DNA of 63,056 bases, the filler included, from Saprolegnia diclina VS20 (lineage: Eukaryota), in NCBI RefSeq assembly GCF_000281045.1. It is 8 parts of 7 records of this genome, joined end to end, with 100 filler letters (N's around TTAATTAATTAA, not from the genome) between each part and the next. Parts side by side here need not be neighbours in the genome. Positions count along the whole stretch, not along the records: positions 24,510 to 39,012 come from NW_008246277.1; positions 39,113 to 40,772 come from NW_008246278.1; positions 40,873 to 45,656 come from NW_008246278.1; positions 45,757 to 58,920 come from NW_008246279.1; 4 more parts are not named here. The stretch is one strand, 5' to 3'. Below are positions 37,909-49,587 of this stretch, piece by piece. The position numbers and the translations under genes are program-made. The notes beneath the pieces were generated by a model. That model saw only the letters and a program-made list of their open reading frames with translations. It had not been told where the DNA came from and made no database searches. Numbering within the stretch: position 1 is the first letter of the stretch; every line of letters starts with the position of its first letter.

Positions 37909-38917
37909 GAGTTTTTTTCAAAAGTTACGACTTTCGAGCATATTTTTCCAAAAGTTACGACCTGTGGCAAAATATTCAAAATAGTTACGACCTCGACCGG
38001 ATTGGTAGAAATGCAGTCGAAAGCCAACGAATCAAGATGGTGGTCAAGCAAATAGTGTTAAAAGTATCTTATGCATTTGTGGCCGCCGATCTCAAGTGCA
38101 ACTGCGCGTATCGCGATCAAATGCACATGCCCTGCCGCCATTTGATCCGCGTGCTCGCATCGACCGATCGTCGTCACCGCATCATTGATTGCTTCCACCC
38201 GATGTTTCTTTTCGAGAACTACAAGGTCGCAGTCGAGGGTGTCTCGTACAAGCTGCCGCTCTTCAAGGATGCTACCCAGGAGCCCGTCTTGGCGCCGCTG
38301 GTCGAGCGCCGCCAGGGCAGACCAAGCTCAAGGCGCATTGCCAGCAAGGGTGAGAGTGGCGGCAAAAAGACGGCGGCCAAGCCACGGTCCAGGGTGACGA
38401 TCGACTTCGACATCGAAACCGGCCTCGATTTCGACGTCGACGGGGACGGTGACGACACAGGGGTGCAGCCACGGACGTACAAGTGCAGCAAGCGTGGGAA
38501 GGAAGGCCACAACGCCGCTACGTGCAAGAAGCGTGCAAACAAGTTGCTTCCAGCTACTTCGAGCGGCAAAAGTTACTTTCGGGACGACGCCGCGCCGACG
38601 CCTTTGGCAATGCAAATCGCTAGCATTGTCAACCCGACGACCGGGCTCCAGAGCCCGTCGGATTCCGAGTTCGAGTCCGACCCGTCCAGCAACGATTCCT
38701 CGGGCAATGAGTCCGATCACGCTTAGCGACGGCCTCGCGGCGGCCACAAATGCATAAGATACTTTTAACACTATTTGCGTGACCACCATCTTGATTCGTT
38801 GGCTTTCGACTGCATTTCTACCAATCCGGTCGAGGTCGTAACTATTTTGAATATTTTGCCACAGGTCGTAACTTTTGGAGAAATATGCTCGAAAGTCGTA
38901 ACTCTTGAAAAAAACTC
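37909..38917 (+). mobile_element. Non-autonomous Mutator-like (MULE) DNA transposon, 1009 bp
   Basis: TIRs 37909-38088 and 38738-38917 (180 bp, three mismatches seen). 10-bp TSD CCTTCGCATC at 37899-37908 and 38918-38927. The interior encodes SWIM (CNC..MPCRH) and a degenerate CCHC knuckle (CSKRGKEGHNAATC) typical of MULE transposase C-termini. No DDE domain. Confidence 0.95.
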
Positions 38918-39112
38918 CCTTCGCATCGTACCTTCAGCTGTAGCCGACATACAGCCAAGTGCACCTGTTGCCATCTCCAGAAATGTATAACCACGTTGCG
39001 ATGGGGCTGTGANNNNNNNNNNNNNNNNNNNNNNNNNNNNNNNNNNNNNNNNNNNNTTAATTAATTAANNNNNNNNNNNNNNNNNNNNNNNNNNNNNNNN
39101 NNNNNNNNNNNN

Positions 39113-40772
39113 TCGTAGCGCTTGAAGCCCAAGAGGACGTGGAGCGGGTAGGCCTTGCGGCGCGCGTCCTCGGCGTGGACCATGGCCGTGATGGCGGCGG
39201 CGGCTTTTGAGTCCTTTCGATTCGCCTCGAGGTAGGACAAGAGAGGTAATCCGCTCTAGGTTTTTCAGTCAGGATGCCTGTGACAAGGTGGGTTTGGACG
39301 TACACGCTCGATGGACGCCCCTGCTGCCAGAAGGAGCTCGACCACTCTCGAACGGGTGCGGCTCACGGCTGCGTCAAGAGCCGTGTACCCGCCCTGGTGA
39401 GATGTAAGCCTCAGTTGGAATGGAGAACGGAAGATACGGTTTGTGTGATCTCGAGGTTGATGGACGGATATTGCGTCAGAAGACACTCGATGAGGTCCAC
39501 ACGCGGCTCGTACTCCAGAGACGTATCCTCTGGTGTGACGCCAAATCCTGTGCTGAGGATGTGCAGAGCAGTAAGTTGCTACAGTAGAGATACCATGGCG
39601 TCAGGACAGAACGCATGCCGATGCTGTACCTTGTAGAGGCGGTTGACGTCGCCCGCGAACGCGCCGTTGCGAATGGCTTGTTCGAGAGCATCAAAGCGCA
39701 TGTAAAAGGCGAGTTCAGCCAGGTTGACCTCGTCGGCTGGACACGTTCGACGACTGATTATGGACTGAGCTCGGGTCTAGGAATGCTCTCAGGACCAACG
39801 AGCAGTCGTACAGCGTCGTACGCCAAATGTGCCACCAAGAGCAAGAATGCTCTCCGTCAGATTTACAAGCGTCGCGTTGTCGTTCGCACCATGCGAGAGA
39901 TGGCGACTGAGGTAGTCGAGGGCTGTCAACCCTTTCTAAGCATTTGTCTTGAAGCGGCACAAGGTGGTAAGAACGTACGGTGCAACGGAGGTTAAGATCA
40001 ACTTTGTCCTTGAGCTCGTCGACGAGGTCGACTTGGTTGTGGACGCAGAGCCACATAAAGCCCGACATACCGGCCTAGTAAGCAGGGTCAAAGTGACCGA
40101 AGTGAAAAATGACCAACATGGTCTTGGACGTTGAGGTCAGGGATAGCGTTCTGGTCCAACAGCACGCGGACAATGGTCACGTGGTCTCCGCAGCAGGCGC
40201 ACGTAAAGGGCGTGCGACCCGACTATAAAAACGCATTAGAACATTTGGTGGGAGACGCAGCTCCGACCTTGGTCACGATGCTTGTGACGACGCCTGGCAT
40301 CGCCAGCAATCGCTCGACGACAGGTAGACAATCAAACCAGCACGCACTCAGGAGGACTGTCGAACCCTACATTACCATCTGAGACCCTTGGAAGAAGAGC
40401 AAACCTCCCAACATGGTGAGTCATGAGGTTGATGTCGATGCAAGGGTGATCGAGCAAGCGCAGCGCAATCTCCTTGTGCCCTTCCATAGTCGCTTCCATG
40501 AGCGGCCATTGCAGCACTTCCGTGACCTAGTGCTTATTCACTCCTTTTGATCCGGAAGATTTGAGTTTGTTGTACGTTGGAGATGGCGTTCACATCAATC
40601 ACATCACCAAACGACGCCAAGAGCATCGAGACGATCTCGGTGGCGCCCGCCAGCACGGCCGACAGCAGTGCCGGTCGCGTGTCCTATAAACGAGGTGTCA
40701 GTGACTATACTACGTAGACAAATACGAACATTTCTGGCGGCGTTGACAACCTCATGGCAGCGCGGGTGCGTG
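39113..40772 (-). CDS. Ankyrin-repeat exons; probable 5' part of the TRP channel gene on a mis-oriented contig
   Basis: PALLSAVLAGATEIVSMLL, WPLMEATMEGHKEIALRLLDHPCIDIN, YTALDAAVSRTRSRVVELLLAAGASI; 39113-39246 is the exact reverse complement of 40873-41006. Confidence 0.75.
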
Positions 40773-40872
40773 NNNNNNNNNNNNNNNNNNNNNNNNNNNN
40801 NNNNNNNNNNNNNNNNTTAATTAATTAANNNNNNNNNNNNNNNNNNNNNNNNNNNNNNNNNNNNNNNNNNNN

Positions 40873-43840
40873 CCTCTCTTGTCCTACCTCGAGGCGAATC
40901 GAAAGGACTCAAAAGCCGCCGCCGCCATCACGGCCATGGTCCACGCCGAGGACGCGCGCCGCAAGGCCTACCCGCTCCACGTCCTCTTGGGCTTCAAGCG
41001 CTACGACGACTTTAAGACTCAACTTCCTCTGCACCGCGACCGTCTCGAACAGTGCGACACGGTACATCCCTCACTCTTGTCCGTACTCGGTCGATGATGC
41101 AAACGCTAGAACGGCAAAACTGTGCTCATGCTATCGGCCGAGATGGGTCTCGAGGACCTTGTTGACGTTATCATTGCCCACGGCGCCGACGTCGACGCCG
41201 TCGTTGGTGTCCCGTACTACACCGCCTTGGTTGACTTTTCTTGCACAGTTGTTTGTGGCTCACACATATATAGGACCCGAAACAGTATGCGTCGACGGCC
41301 CTCACGCTGGCCGTCACGAACGGCCATGTCGGCGTCGTCGAGCTCCTGCTGTCGCACCTCGCCGAGATCGACCCAGCGTACCTCGCATCGATGACGGTAC
41401 CCTCTTGATCTCTTGATATCGTACCGAATATACATCTCTCAACAACTCACGCTAGTCGTTGGAGGCCTCGCTCACACCTCGCCAAGCGGCGTGTGTGACG
41501 TTGCTGCAAAAAGAAGTCGCGTTCCGGTCGACGTCGGCCGAGTACGTGGCCAAGTGGCGGCTCAAGCTCGAGGCGCTGCCCGACGACGCGCCGTTTGACG
41601 AAACTCTCTTTCGGCGCGCGATCGCCGCCGACCCGTCCCTCGGTCGTCTCTTCCTCAACGACTGCCTGTCGCCGGACCGCCACACGCTCGGCTTTACCAA
41701 GGTGCGCCTTTCTTGTTCGATGCATGTGTGGACGCGTTGTCATCATATCGAACGCTAGCTCGAGGCCGTGTACGGCCGTCGCGTGACGTCGAGCGCGCTC
41801 TACTCGATCGTGCAGTACCAAGACGCGACCAAGCGCGACGGCGCCAAGGCCCTTCTGGACCACATTGTCATGCAGCGCATCCTCCAGCTCAAGTGGGAGG
41901 TAGTCCACACCACATTTGTCTTGAACCATGACGAAATATCCCTCGACTAGTTTTTCGCGCAGCGCATGTTTGTCGAACAGCTGCTCTGGTACGGGATCCT
42001 CCTCGCCTCCATGACGGTGGCCGTGACGCTGCAGCCGTCGACGATCGATGCCAATGACAACGACGCGCCGCTCCGTGTCTGGTGCGTCAGCGTCGTCTTT
42101 TGCGTCGTTGGGCTCGTCGCGGTGCAGTGGACGCGGCCCACGCCGCTCTTGTATCTCGCCACGTGTCTGCACCGCTTTGCGGCGCCGTCGCCACTGCACT
42201 GTCAGCACGACCCGCGGCACCTCGGTCCGGCCAAGACGAATGTCAAGCGTCTCCTGTGTCTTGGGACGGTTGCCGTCACCGTCTACATGTACATGACGTG
42301 CATCGACGCGCCGCTCTGGCACCGTATTCCGTGGTCAACGACGGTCGTTGGGACAGCTTCGCTGTCTGATATGTGTGTCTACGGGTCGCTGCTTGCCTCG
42401 ACGCTCTACTTTGTGCGGCTCGAGTACCAAGAGTTTGTTGGTCATGACCGCCTCCACACGGCCGAGACGCACGCGTACTGGTCGTCCCGCCTCAATCTGT
42501 GGCAACTGATGACGTACATGGGTATTCTGTTGGTGTACCTTCCGCTGGCGTCGTATTTGGAGCCCGTGACAAGTCTTTGTCTCGGCAGTCTCTTGACGCT
42601 GTCGCTGTGGCTGCTCTCGCTGCAGTTCTTCGCCGTGTTCCAAACCGGCGGGTACCTCCTCCCGATGCTCTCGGCGCTGCTGCGGGACGTGAGCAACTTT
42701 CTCGCGTTCTTTGGCGTCGTGCAGGCCGCGTTCACGTGTGTGTTCTACCAGCTCTTTCGGTCGCAGTCCAATGCCAACAGCTACGCGTCGCTCTGGGCGT
42801 CGTTCCGGACCTCGTACTTTGTCATGCTCGGCCAGTTTGATGTCGATGGGACGTGGGCGACGCCGAGCGAGTTGCCGCCACTACTGTACCACTACTCGTT
42901 TGTGCTGCTCATGCTCCACGCCGGTGTCGTGATGCTCCTGCTGCTCAACGTGCTCTTGGCGACAATGAACGAGACGGTCGCCGACGGTCTCCGCGCGTCG
43001 CAGCGAGACGCCATGTGGAGCTACGCGGCGTGCATTCTGCGGCTGGAGCTCACGCTGCCCCTCTCGCGCCAGCCCGTCTACTACGCGTCGCGTCGCCCCG
43101 ACGATACCAATGTCAACCCCGCGTTTGACGAGGTGCTTGTCCTCGCCGACTGCAACCTCTGCGACGACGACATGGCGGTCGTCCGCAGCATCGAAGAAGT
43201 CGGCAAAGACTGGTTCCGGACCCTTCGCGACCTCCAGCGCCGCGCTGTAATCGAGATAGATGCGCTCACGGCGGCCGTGCATGACGCCAACCACTTTTGC
43301 GCCTCGGCCATGTACCCGATGGCATGCGAAGTGGGCATCCCGACGGCCCGTGCGGCGATCGACGCGGCGTTCGCCTCGGTGGTCGCCAAGCGAGCGCCCG
43401 AGCCATCCGACCGCTGTAGTCGCCTCCGCGCTGTCCAGCGCACGGTGCAGCAGCACTGGACGAGCTTGGCGTCGGCGCTCTCACTCGAGGCGACGACCAA
43501 CACTGCCGACCAGCACGACGTGCTCTTTGCCATGGTACACGGCGTCTCGATGGCGGCCATGCTGGCGCGCGCCTGGCAGAGCATCGAAGCTGTCTTTGAT
43601 GCGGCGGCGGCGCGCTGGGAAGAGCGGCCGGAACCTACGCCGTCACAGCTCCGCGACGCAATCGTGGCCAGCACCAAGGCGCAGAACGCGCAGCTGCAGG
43701 CGCACGTCGATGCGTGTATGGCGGCGATGCAAGCGATGGAGACGCGGTATACAGCCGCGCTGGAGGAGTCCAAGGCTGCCAACCGCGCACTGGACGCCAA
43801 GCTCAGTGAGGTGCTCACGTTGCTGCACGTGAAGGCGTGA
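40873..43840 (+). CDS. Ankyrin-repeat TRP-like cation channel (6 TM plus pore, C-terminal coiled coil); 5' partial
   Basis: Ankyrin exons (TVLMLSAEMGLEDLVDVIIAHGADVD, TALTLAVTNGHVGVVELLL), MQRILQLKWE|FFAQRMF pre-S1, YWSSRLNLWQL, DVSNFLAFF, pore SFRTSYFVMLGQFD, S6 LLLLNVLLATMNET. Confidence 0.85.
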
Positions 43841-43934
43841 TTTTTGGAAATTGATTTGCGACGTTTTTGATTGGCTCATTTGCATAATAATTTCAGCCAC
43901 TCGTATGCATGTTGTAGAGCGAGATGAGGCCGCC

Positions 43935-44704
43935 CGATGGCCGCCATGTCATCGAAATCAAAAGAGCTCAAAGTTGGACAGATGATAGCCGACACTTTGG
44001 AGAGCACGAATTGCCATGTCACGTCGACGTTGGCGGCGTATAGCCGTTGTTGGACAGCAAATTGTTAATTGTGGTAATGACCATATTTAGGCGTATGTAG
44101 CCACATGTAGCTAAAGTTAGCAGCTGCTCACAGAGTTGCTCGACACGACAGTTCGATCCACAACGGTACTCGCCATTCAGTATACTCCGCGTTGCGCACA
44201 CGATATGAGGATAAAGCCATCGACTCCTCATGCAGCGACAACCCAAACACGGTGTATACCCAGGTCCCTGGTGTATGCCGGTGTGTCGTTGTATGCAGTT
44301 ACTGTAACGGTGCGGGAGAGGTCACTGCCAAGCTCACGAACGATGTATTAAACACGAAGTTGCGTGTGGTGCTGCTGCAAGTCACGGCTGTCTGTTGAGT
44401 GATTTTGGAAGAACGTGGCATTATCGGTGGCATGATCCAATTCTCACGCTTTTGATTCGCCCGTTTTTCAGTATTTTAAGCCAATAGTAAGCACCCAATG
44501 CTGTGGCTCGAGAAATCTAGGCAACGCGATGGCCGCCATAGCACTCAAAACCAAAAGAGCTCAAAGTTGGGCAGACGATAGATGGCACTTTGGAGAGCAC
44601 GAATTGCTATGTCAAGTCGACGTTGGCGGCGTCTAGCAAGAGTTAATCAGCAAATTATTAATAGTGGTAATGACCATATTTAGGTATCTTTAGCCACATG
44701 TAGC
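43935..44704 (+). repeat. Two ~177-bp direct repeats (43935-44111 and 44527-44704)
   Basis: Shared blocks cgatggccgccat, caaaagagctcaaagttgg, cactttggagagcacgaattgc, gtcgacgttggcggcgt, gtggtaatgaccatatttagg, tagccacatgtagc. Confidence 0.9.
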
Positions 44705-45084
44705 CATATTTATATTTAGGCACCGCTTTACAGTCCGCGGCACACGAGCGGACGCGCCTTCAAGGGTATTTATTGACCCTTGTCGCCTTCTACCTCGCTA
44801 CTCCACCTGCACATACAGCAGCGCAATGCGTACTTAAGAATAATCTAATGTTCGATCTCTTCGTGTAGTGCTAATCCGACGACTGCCGTGGTCACTATTT
44901 GTCGCGGGGTACTAGGTCGGCGGACTCTGATAGATGTACCACTCGAGAAGGCGTCGATGCAACGCGACCGAAGCACTTTTGCGTGCTACATACGCACCAC
45001 CAGCGCTGGGTACACTGCTGCCTTTATAAATAGTCGCCACATCAATCTGTAACCGGTGCGCTCCGGTCGAGTCGCGCAGCCAGC

Positions 45085-45656
45085 ATGTCGGACGAGGTGG
45101 ATCAAGCGCCACCTTGAGGCGACTAGTCTCTCACCTTATCGATACCTTCGTAGGAGCAGTCGTACTCGGATGAAGAGTTCCCGACCGTCGACGCCAACGC
45201 CGCACCACAACACCGTGTCGTCCTGCCTCAAAAGTCAGAGTCCGATCTGTATGACTGGGACAACGATGCGGCGTCCACCAAGCACGACGGCGACGACCAA
45301 CGCAACGACAGATCGACACCACTCGTCGATGGCGACGAGTACACCGAGAACGATTTTGGCGCTGAAGAGTATACGTACGACGACGCGCTCACCGAGACAG
45401 CGGCGGCAGCAATCAACACCACGGCCGCAGATATCATCAGCCAGCCCGCCACTGACGACAGTGCAGACTTGGACGCCTACGCGAACGACGATGACTACAC
45501 CGAAGAAGACTACACCGACGACGAGTCTCCGTCCGAATCGGCGGCTACGACAAACCCCTCGGCACCCGAGATTGCAGTTCCTGACGTCGACGCTGAGACA
45601 GTTACCCCCGCTTCGTCCAGCCCAACGTACGAAGACGATGACAATGACGTCGATGT
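45085..45656 (+). CDS. 5' part of a highly acidic (D/E/T-rich) hypothetical protein, cut by a gap
   Basis: MSDE, intron 45097-45153, then an open frame EQSYSDEEFPT...YEDDDNDVD up to the gap. Confidence 0.6.
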
Positions 45657-47552
45657 NNNNNNNNNNNNNNNNNNNNNNNNNNNNNNNNNNNNNNNNNNNN
45701 TTAATTAATTAANNNNNNNNNNNNNNNNNNNNNNNNNNNNNNNNNNNNNNNNNNNNGGCGGGGCGGAGAGCTGGTGGGCCATGGCGCCAAAGAGGAAATG
45801 GGGCGCCAAAAGGCGCCTTTGGGTTTCGAAACAGCCCGCGGAAAGGCGGCAACTAGCATATTAATAGCGGTACAAGCTCGTCCAATCCAACATCGTTTAT
45901 ATACTGCTACGAGAGACTGTCTTCTTGGTGAGGCTTCGGTACCAGTACTGCCAAACTAGTACTGTACATTGTAATGCTCCAATGCGTCACAGGCAGCAAG
46001 CGCTGTGGGGCTCAACGTGGGGTTGTCCGTCGAGCGGCGAATCAACTGTACTCTAGTACAGTGTACTACATACACATTAGGGTGAAACCGGTGGCCGGAC
46101 GGCCATCCTCTTTTGCTACAGCTGGGTTGATGCCGTGAATCCTGCAGTGTTACGTTGCAAGCTAACAATGCTATGAAACACACGGATAGAAAGTTTAAAA
46201 GTCGTAGCATGGTCATTGAGGTGCGGGTCTTCGGCTTTGCGTAAGAGCCCAACCCTTGCGCACGGCTTCGCCTTGCAGCGCTGAGCGCAAGGTTGATAGG
46301 CGCACGGCGTGAGCCTTGACTCTCTTCGCTCGTCACTGGTCGCTCCGCTGCCGAAGGGGGACATGGCTTCACATTCACATTCGTTTACAGAATAGAGAGA
46401 TGGATCTAGCCATCGTGCCGGCACCGTTCACCCCTCAACAAGCTCTCATGATACCCCGAGAAGAATCGAATGATTAGTAAATGTTAGTATATGTACGCTT
46501 ATATGTATACTACAGTGTACAAGCTGAGAATTCGGGCCAAGATTTATTCCCTTGTTTCGGGCCAGCCGCCATCGCAGCTCAACTGATCGCCTTCGCTTGG
46601 TGGCAGGAGTAGAGCCAACATATGAGCACCGCGAGCACCAATCAACACCACCCAGTTGAAGAGTCCACAAAGTGGTGGACGAGTTCGGGGACACTATTCC
46701 AAGAGCACCCACAACCCACCCACTGTCAGCAAGGGATCATGTGAGGTCAGTCAAATCAAAAGGAACCGCTATCGGCTTATGACGTTTTGAGAAAACAGGG
46801 CCCAAAGTGCTCAGCGCTTTTGATTGGTCGCTTCCTAGCGATCTCATTGGTCAAACGGTGAAAGTGATAGACGGCAGGAGCCAACGGCAGAGCTTAGGAA
46901 CGCCGGAGGCGGACAACAGGTCACTGATTGGTCAGCTGTCGGCGAGTAGCCCTACCCTGACGACCTTTTGACACCTAATTTGCACTAGAATTACGACGTT
47001 TCTGTCCATAAGAACTACACCATTCGATTCCCCTTAAATGTTTGTTATATATGCTTCCCGTACTCCAAAACTGTCTCCGAAGTCGATCCGATTTCTTTTG
47101 ATTTGACTGAACTCATGTGCAAAAGTTCTTTTCTGGACCCCAGATTGCTTGGCGCGTCCGGATAATGTGCTGCTAAAACCGATATATCACTGAACCACGC
47201 ACGCTCCCTGTCACTTCGACTTTGCCTCCGTTTCACGCACCCCGCGTGTGCTTCGTGGCTCCTTCTCGTCCCCTCTCTCGGTCACTTGTCGAGTACGGTA
47301 CCGGGCAGTCGCCTGCCAAATTTACGGATACCCTTTTCAAGCCAAGTCGCCAAATGGACGGTACCGATATCGATATTGCAGACGACACCGAGTCGCCGAC
47401 CCGCGCGTAGACAGGCTGCGTGAGGAGACCGCCGGGCACGTCCTCGGGGAGGAGGTAGATGAAGGCGTTGGCCTCGTAGCAGAGGCTCGAGCGCGCGTCG
47501 ACGTCCGACGTCATGGTCGCGCCAGGCCGCCCGCCACGGGCTTGCTGCTGCA

Positions 47553-47906
47553 ATGGAAAGTCTGCTTGTGTCGATTACTATTAAACTCGGTATGGCCATC
47601 TTCAGATTGGTGAAGCCTCGTATTGCCGCGGACCCCAACGCCGAATGCCAGCACACCCTGCGACAAGCCGAGCTCGAGAAGCTTCAGGGCGAGTGCAACG
47701 AAATGGAAGCCAAGATCGCCAAGCAAGAGGCGGCCGCGAAGCAGCGCCTTCTCAAGAACAGCGCTGACAAGTTCCTTCAAATCCGCTCGCGGAAACTCGC
47801 CCAGCGGCAACATCTTGTGTCGCTGCCGCACGTGTTGGGCCTTTTGAGACTCACGGTTCTCATCTATGCGGTCTATCGTCTGCACTCGACACCAATGACT
47901 CTTTAA
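47553..47906 (+). CDS. Small coiled-coil plus C-terminal hydrophobic protein, paralog of 51688..52100 (possibly decaying)
   Basis: KPRIAADP..KIAKQEAAAKQRLLK..LQIR..LPHVLGL..LIYA aligns with KPRVPTDP..KLTKQEDTVKQRRLK..LQIR..LPRVVGL..LVYA. Confidence 0.6.
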   Translation: MESLLVSITIKLGMAIFRLVKPRIAADPNAECQHTLRQAELEKLQGECNEMEAKIAKQEAAAKQRLLKNSADKFLQIRSRKLAQRQHLVSLPHVLGLLRLTVLIYAVYRLHSTPMTL

Positions 47907-48260
47907 CTTAAGGCCCACGTGAGCATGGCGTTGGTGTGCCGATGTTAGCGGACTTCAAGGGCAACCAAGGTGTATTTTTCAACCTTGCGTACTGGACACT
48001 AACGTTAATCTATGTTGCTTTCCTTGTCGATATATCCTATTTGGTCGCACAAACCAAAGCAACGCGACGAGTCTCTGCCCACTAGCATCGATAAGCGCAT
48101 CGGAAGGAGCAGCATGCCTACTTGTAGTCTATCCACATATGTGTTCTCACATGTACCCCTGTGTACTGGGCTGACATTTCCCGCCATCAATACTGGCAAA
48201 CTTCGTATACAAGAGGCCCTCACGACCCAGCCTCCTAGCACCCCGTGCCTTGACCAGTCG

Positions 48261-48860
48261 ATGCGCGTAGCTGGTCTTCTTTGCTTTGTTCTCGGCACCG
48301 CCACGGGTCAAGTCGCCTGCGTCGATACCCCCGCGTCAACACCAGCTCCGACTCCCAAAACGACACCGACGCCGACACCAACACCCACGCCGTCCCCGAT
48401 GACTACTACCTTGACACCTACCTTGACTTCGACGTCTACCCCCGAGCCTACCCCAACGTCGGCATCCACATAGACGCTCATTGGTCCTAGTTACCTGAAT
48501 GTGGCCGCCACCGCCGGTCAGGTCGCTGCGACCCCTCTCAGCGCGTTTGACACGGTCGCGCTCTTGACGTCCGAGACGATTCCGATGACGTTCGAAACAA
48601 CCATGTTGTCAAGGTGTGACGCGTCCGGACGGAAGCACCGTCTATCCATTTCGTGTTGATGCTCTACGTCTAACCAACTCAGGACATGGCGCTCTACGCC
48701 TTGGCGACTAGCGCCGAAAATGCATCGAGCGTGATGGCGACCGATGGCGCAACGATGTGCGTCACAGTCCACGACATATCGACGACCGGCGACGTGTATC
48801 TCCGCCGCCACGTCGACTGCGCGCCATTGAGCGATCTCAGCGCCTGGACGGACGATGATG
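48261..48860 (+). pseudogene. Decayed paralog of the secreted PT-linker/beta-propeller gene at 49588
   Basis: Signal peptide and PT repeats, then TAG at 48471 where the paralog has Trp. YLNVAATAGQVAAT, TSETIPMTF and ATDGATMCV match the paralog, with frameshifts. Confidence 0.75.
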
Positions 48861-49587
48861 TAGCGAAAAGATCAGTAGTGTCACGGCCATTTATGGCCTT
48901 GGTCGACAAAACGACGGGTTTGATTGGGGTCTCGGGCAACACCAAATCGCATGCAAGTGCTGCAATCTCAAAGCAGCACCCCGACGGCTTAGGAGCTAGC
49001 GTGAGGCAACCATCTCTCTCCAAACCCAACAACTTTTTACCTTTGTCCCTTTTGGTTGCGGAATATTATTACTACGACATCGGTTCCGGGTTGGGGAGGC
49101 GCGTTAACAGTTCCTAGACGGTGTGGATGTGGCGATGGGAATTGAGTGTTCCGGTTTGGTATGCGTAGTTGCAGGATCAGCTGCACACGCAACCTCGTTG
49201 GACTACAGCTAGTACGAATGTTACTGGACTCATCAACAGCTGATACTGTGAAAGCCGAGATACTACCGGAAGTAGAGCGGGTGATGGCGTCGGAGCTTCG
49301 AAAATCTGCGTTGATCCAATTGCTGCAAAGGGTCAAAGTCGATTACAGCAAGAGGCTCGTCTTGTATTTGGTTTGTGGTCTCTGCTGCATTTCAACTTGC
49401 TAACGCTATGGCGATAAATTATGAATCCGCGCTCGTGGTCAAGTGGAAAAATGCTCCATTATACGAGACTGTTTGTGCACGTCGAAAACTTATCGATGCA
49501 CGGGGTTGCTGCCGTACCTTCCTTTTGGTAGTAGGTAATGTTCGCACCAGCTTCGGTCGCTTGCCTTTCATTTTTCAAATCGCCTCA

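Noticed and set aside
44100..44165. tRNA-like A/B-box words (tagctaaagttag ... gttcgatcc)
   Set aside because: No acceptor or T-stem pairing could be formed.
46820..46935. Cluster of three ATTGG (CCAAT-box) sites
   Set aside because: A common promoter motif, with no convincing adjacent gene to assign it to.
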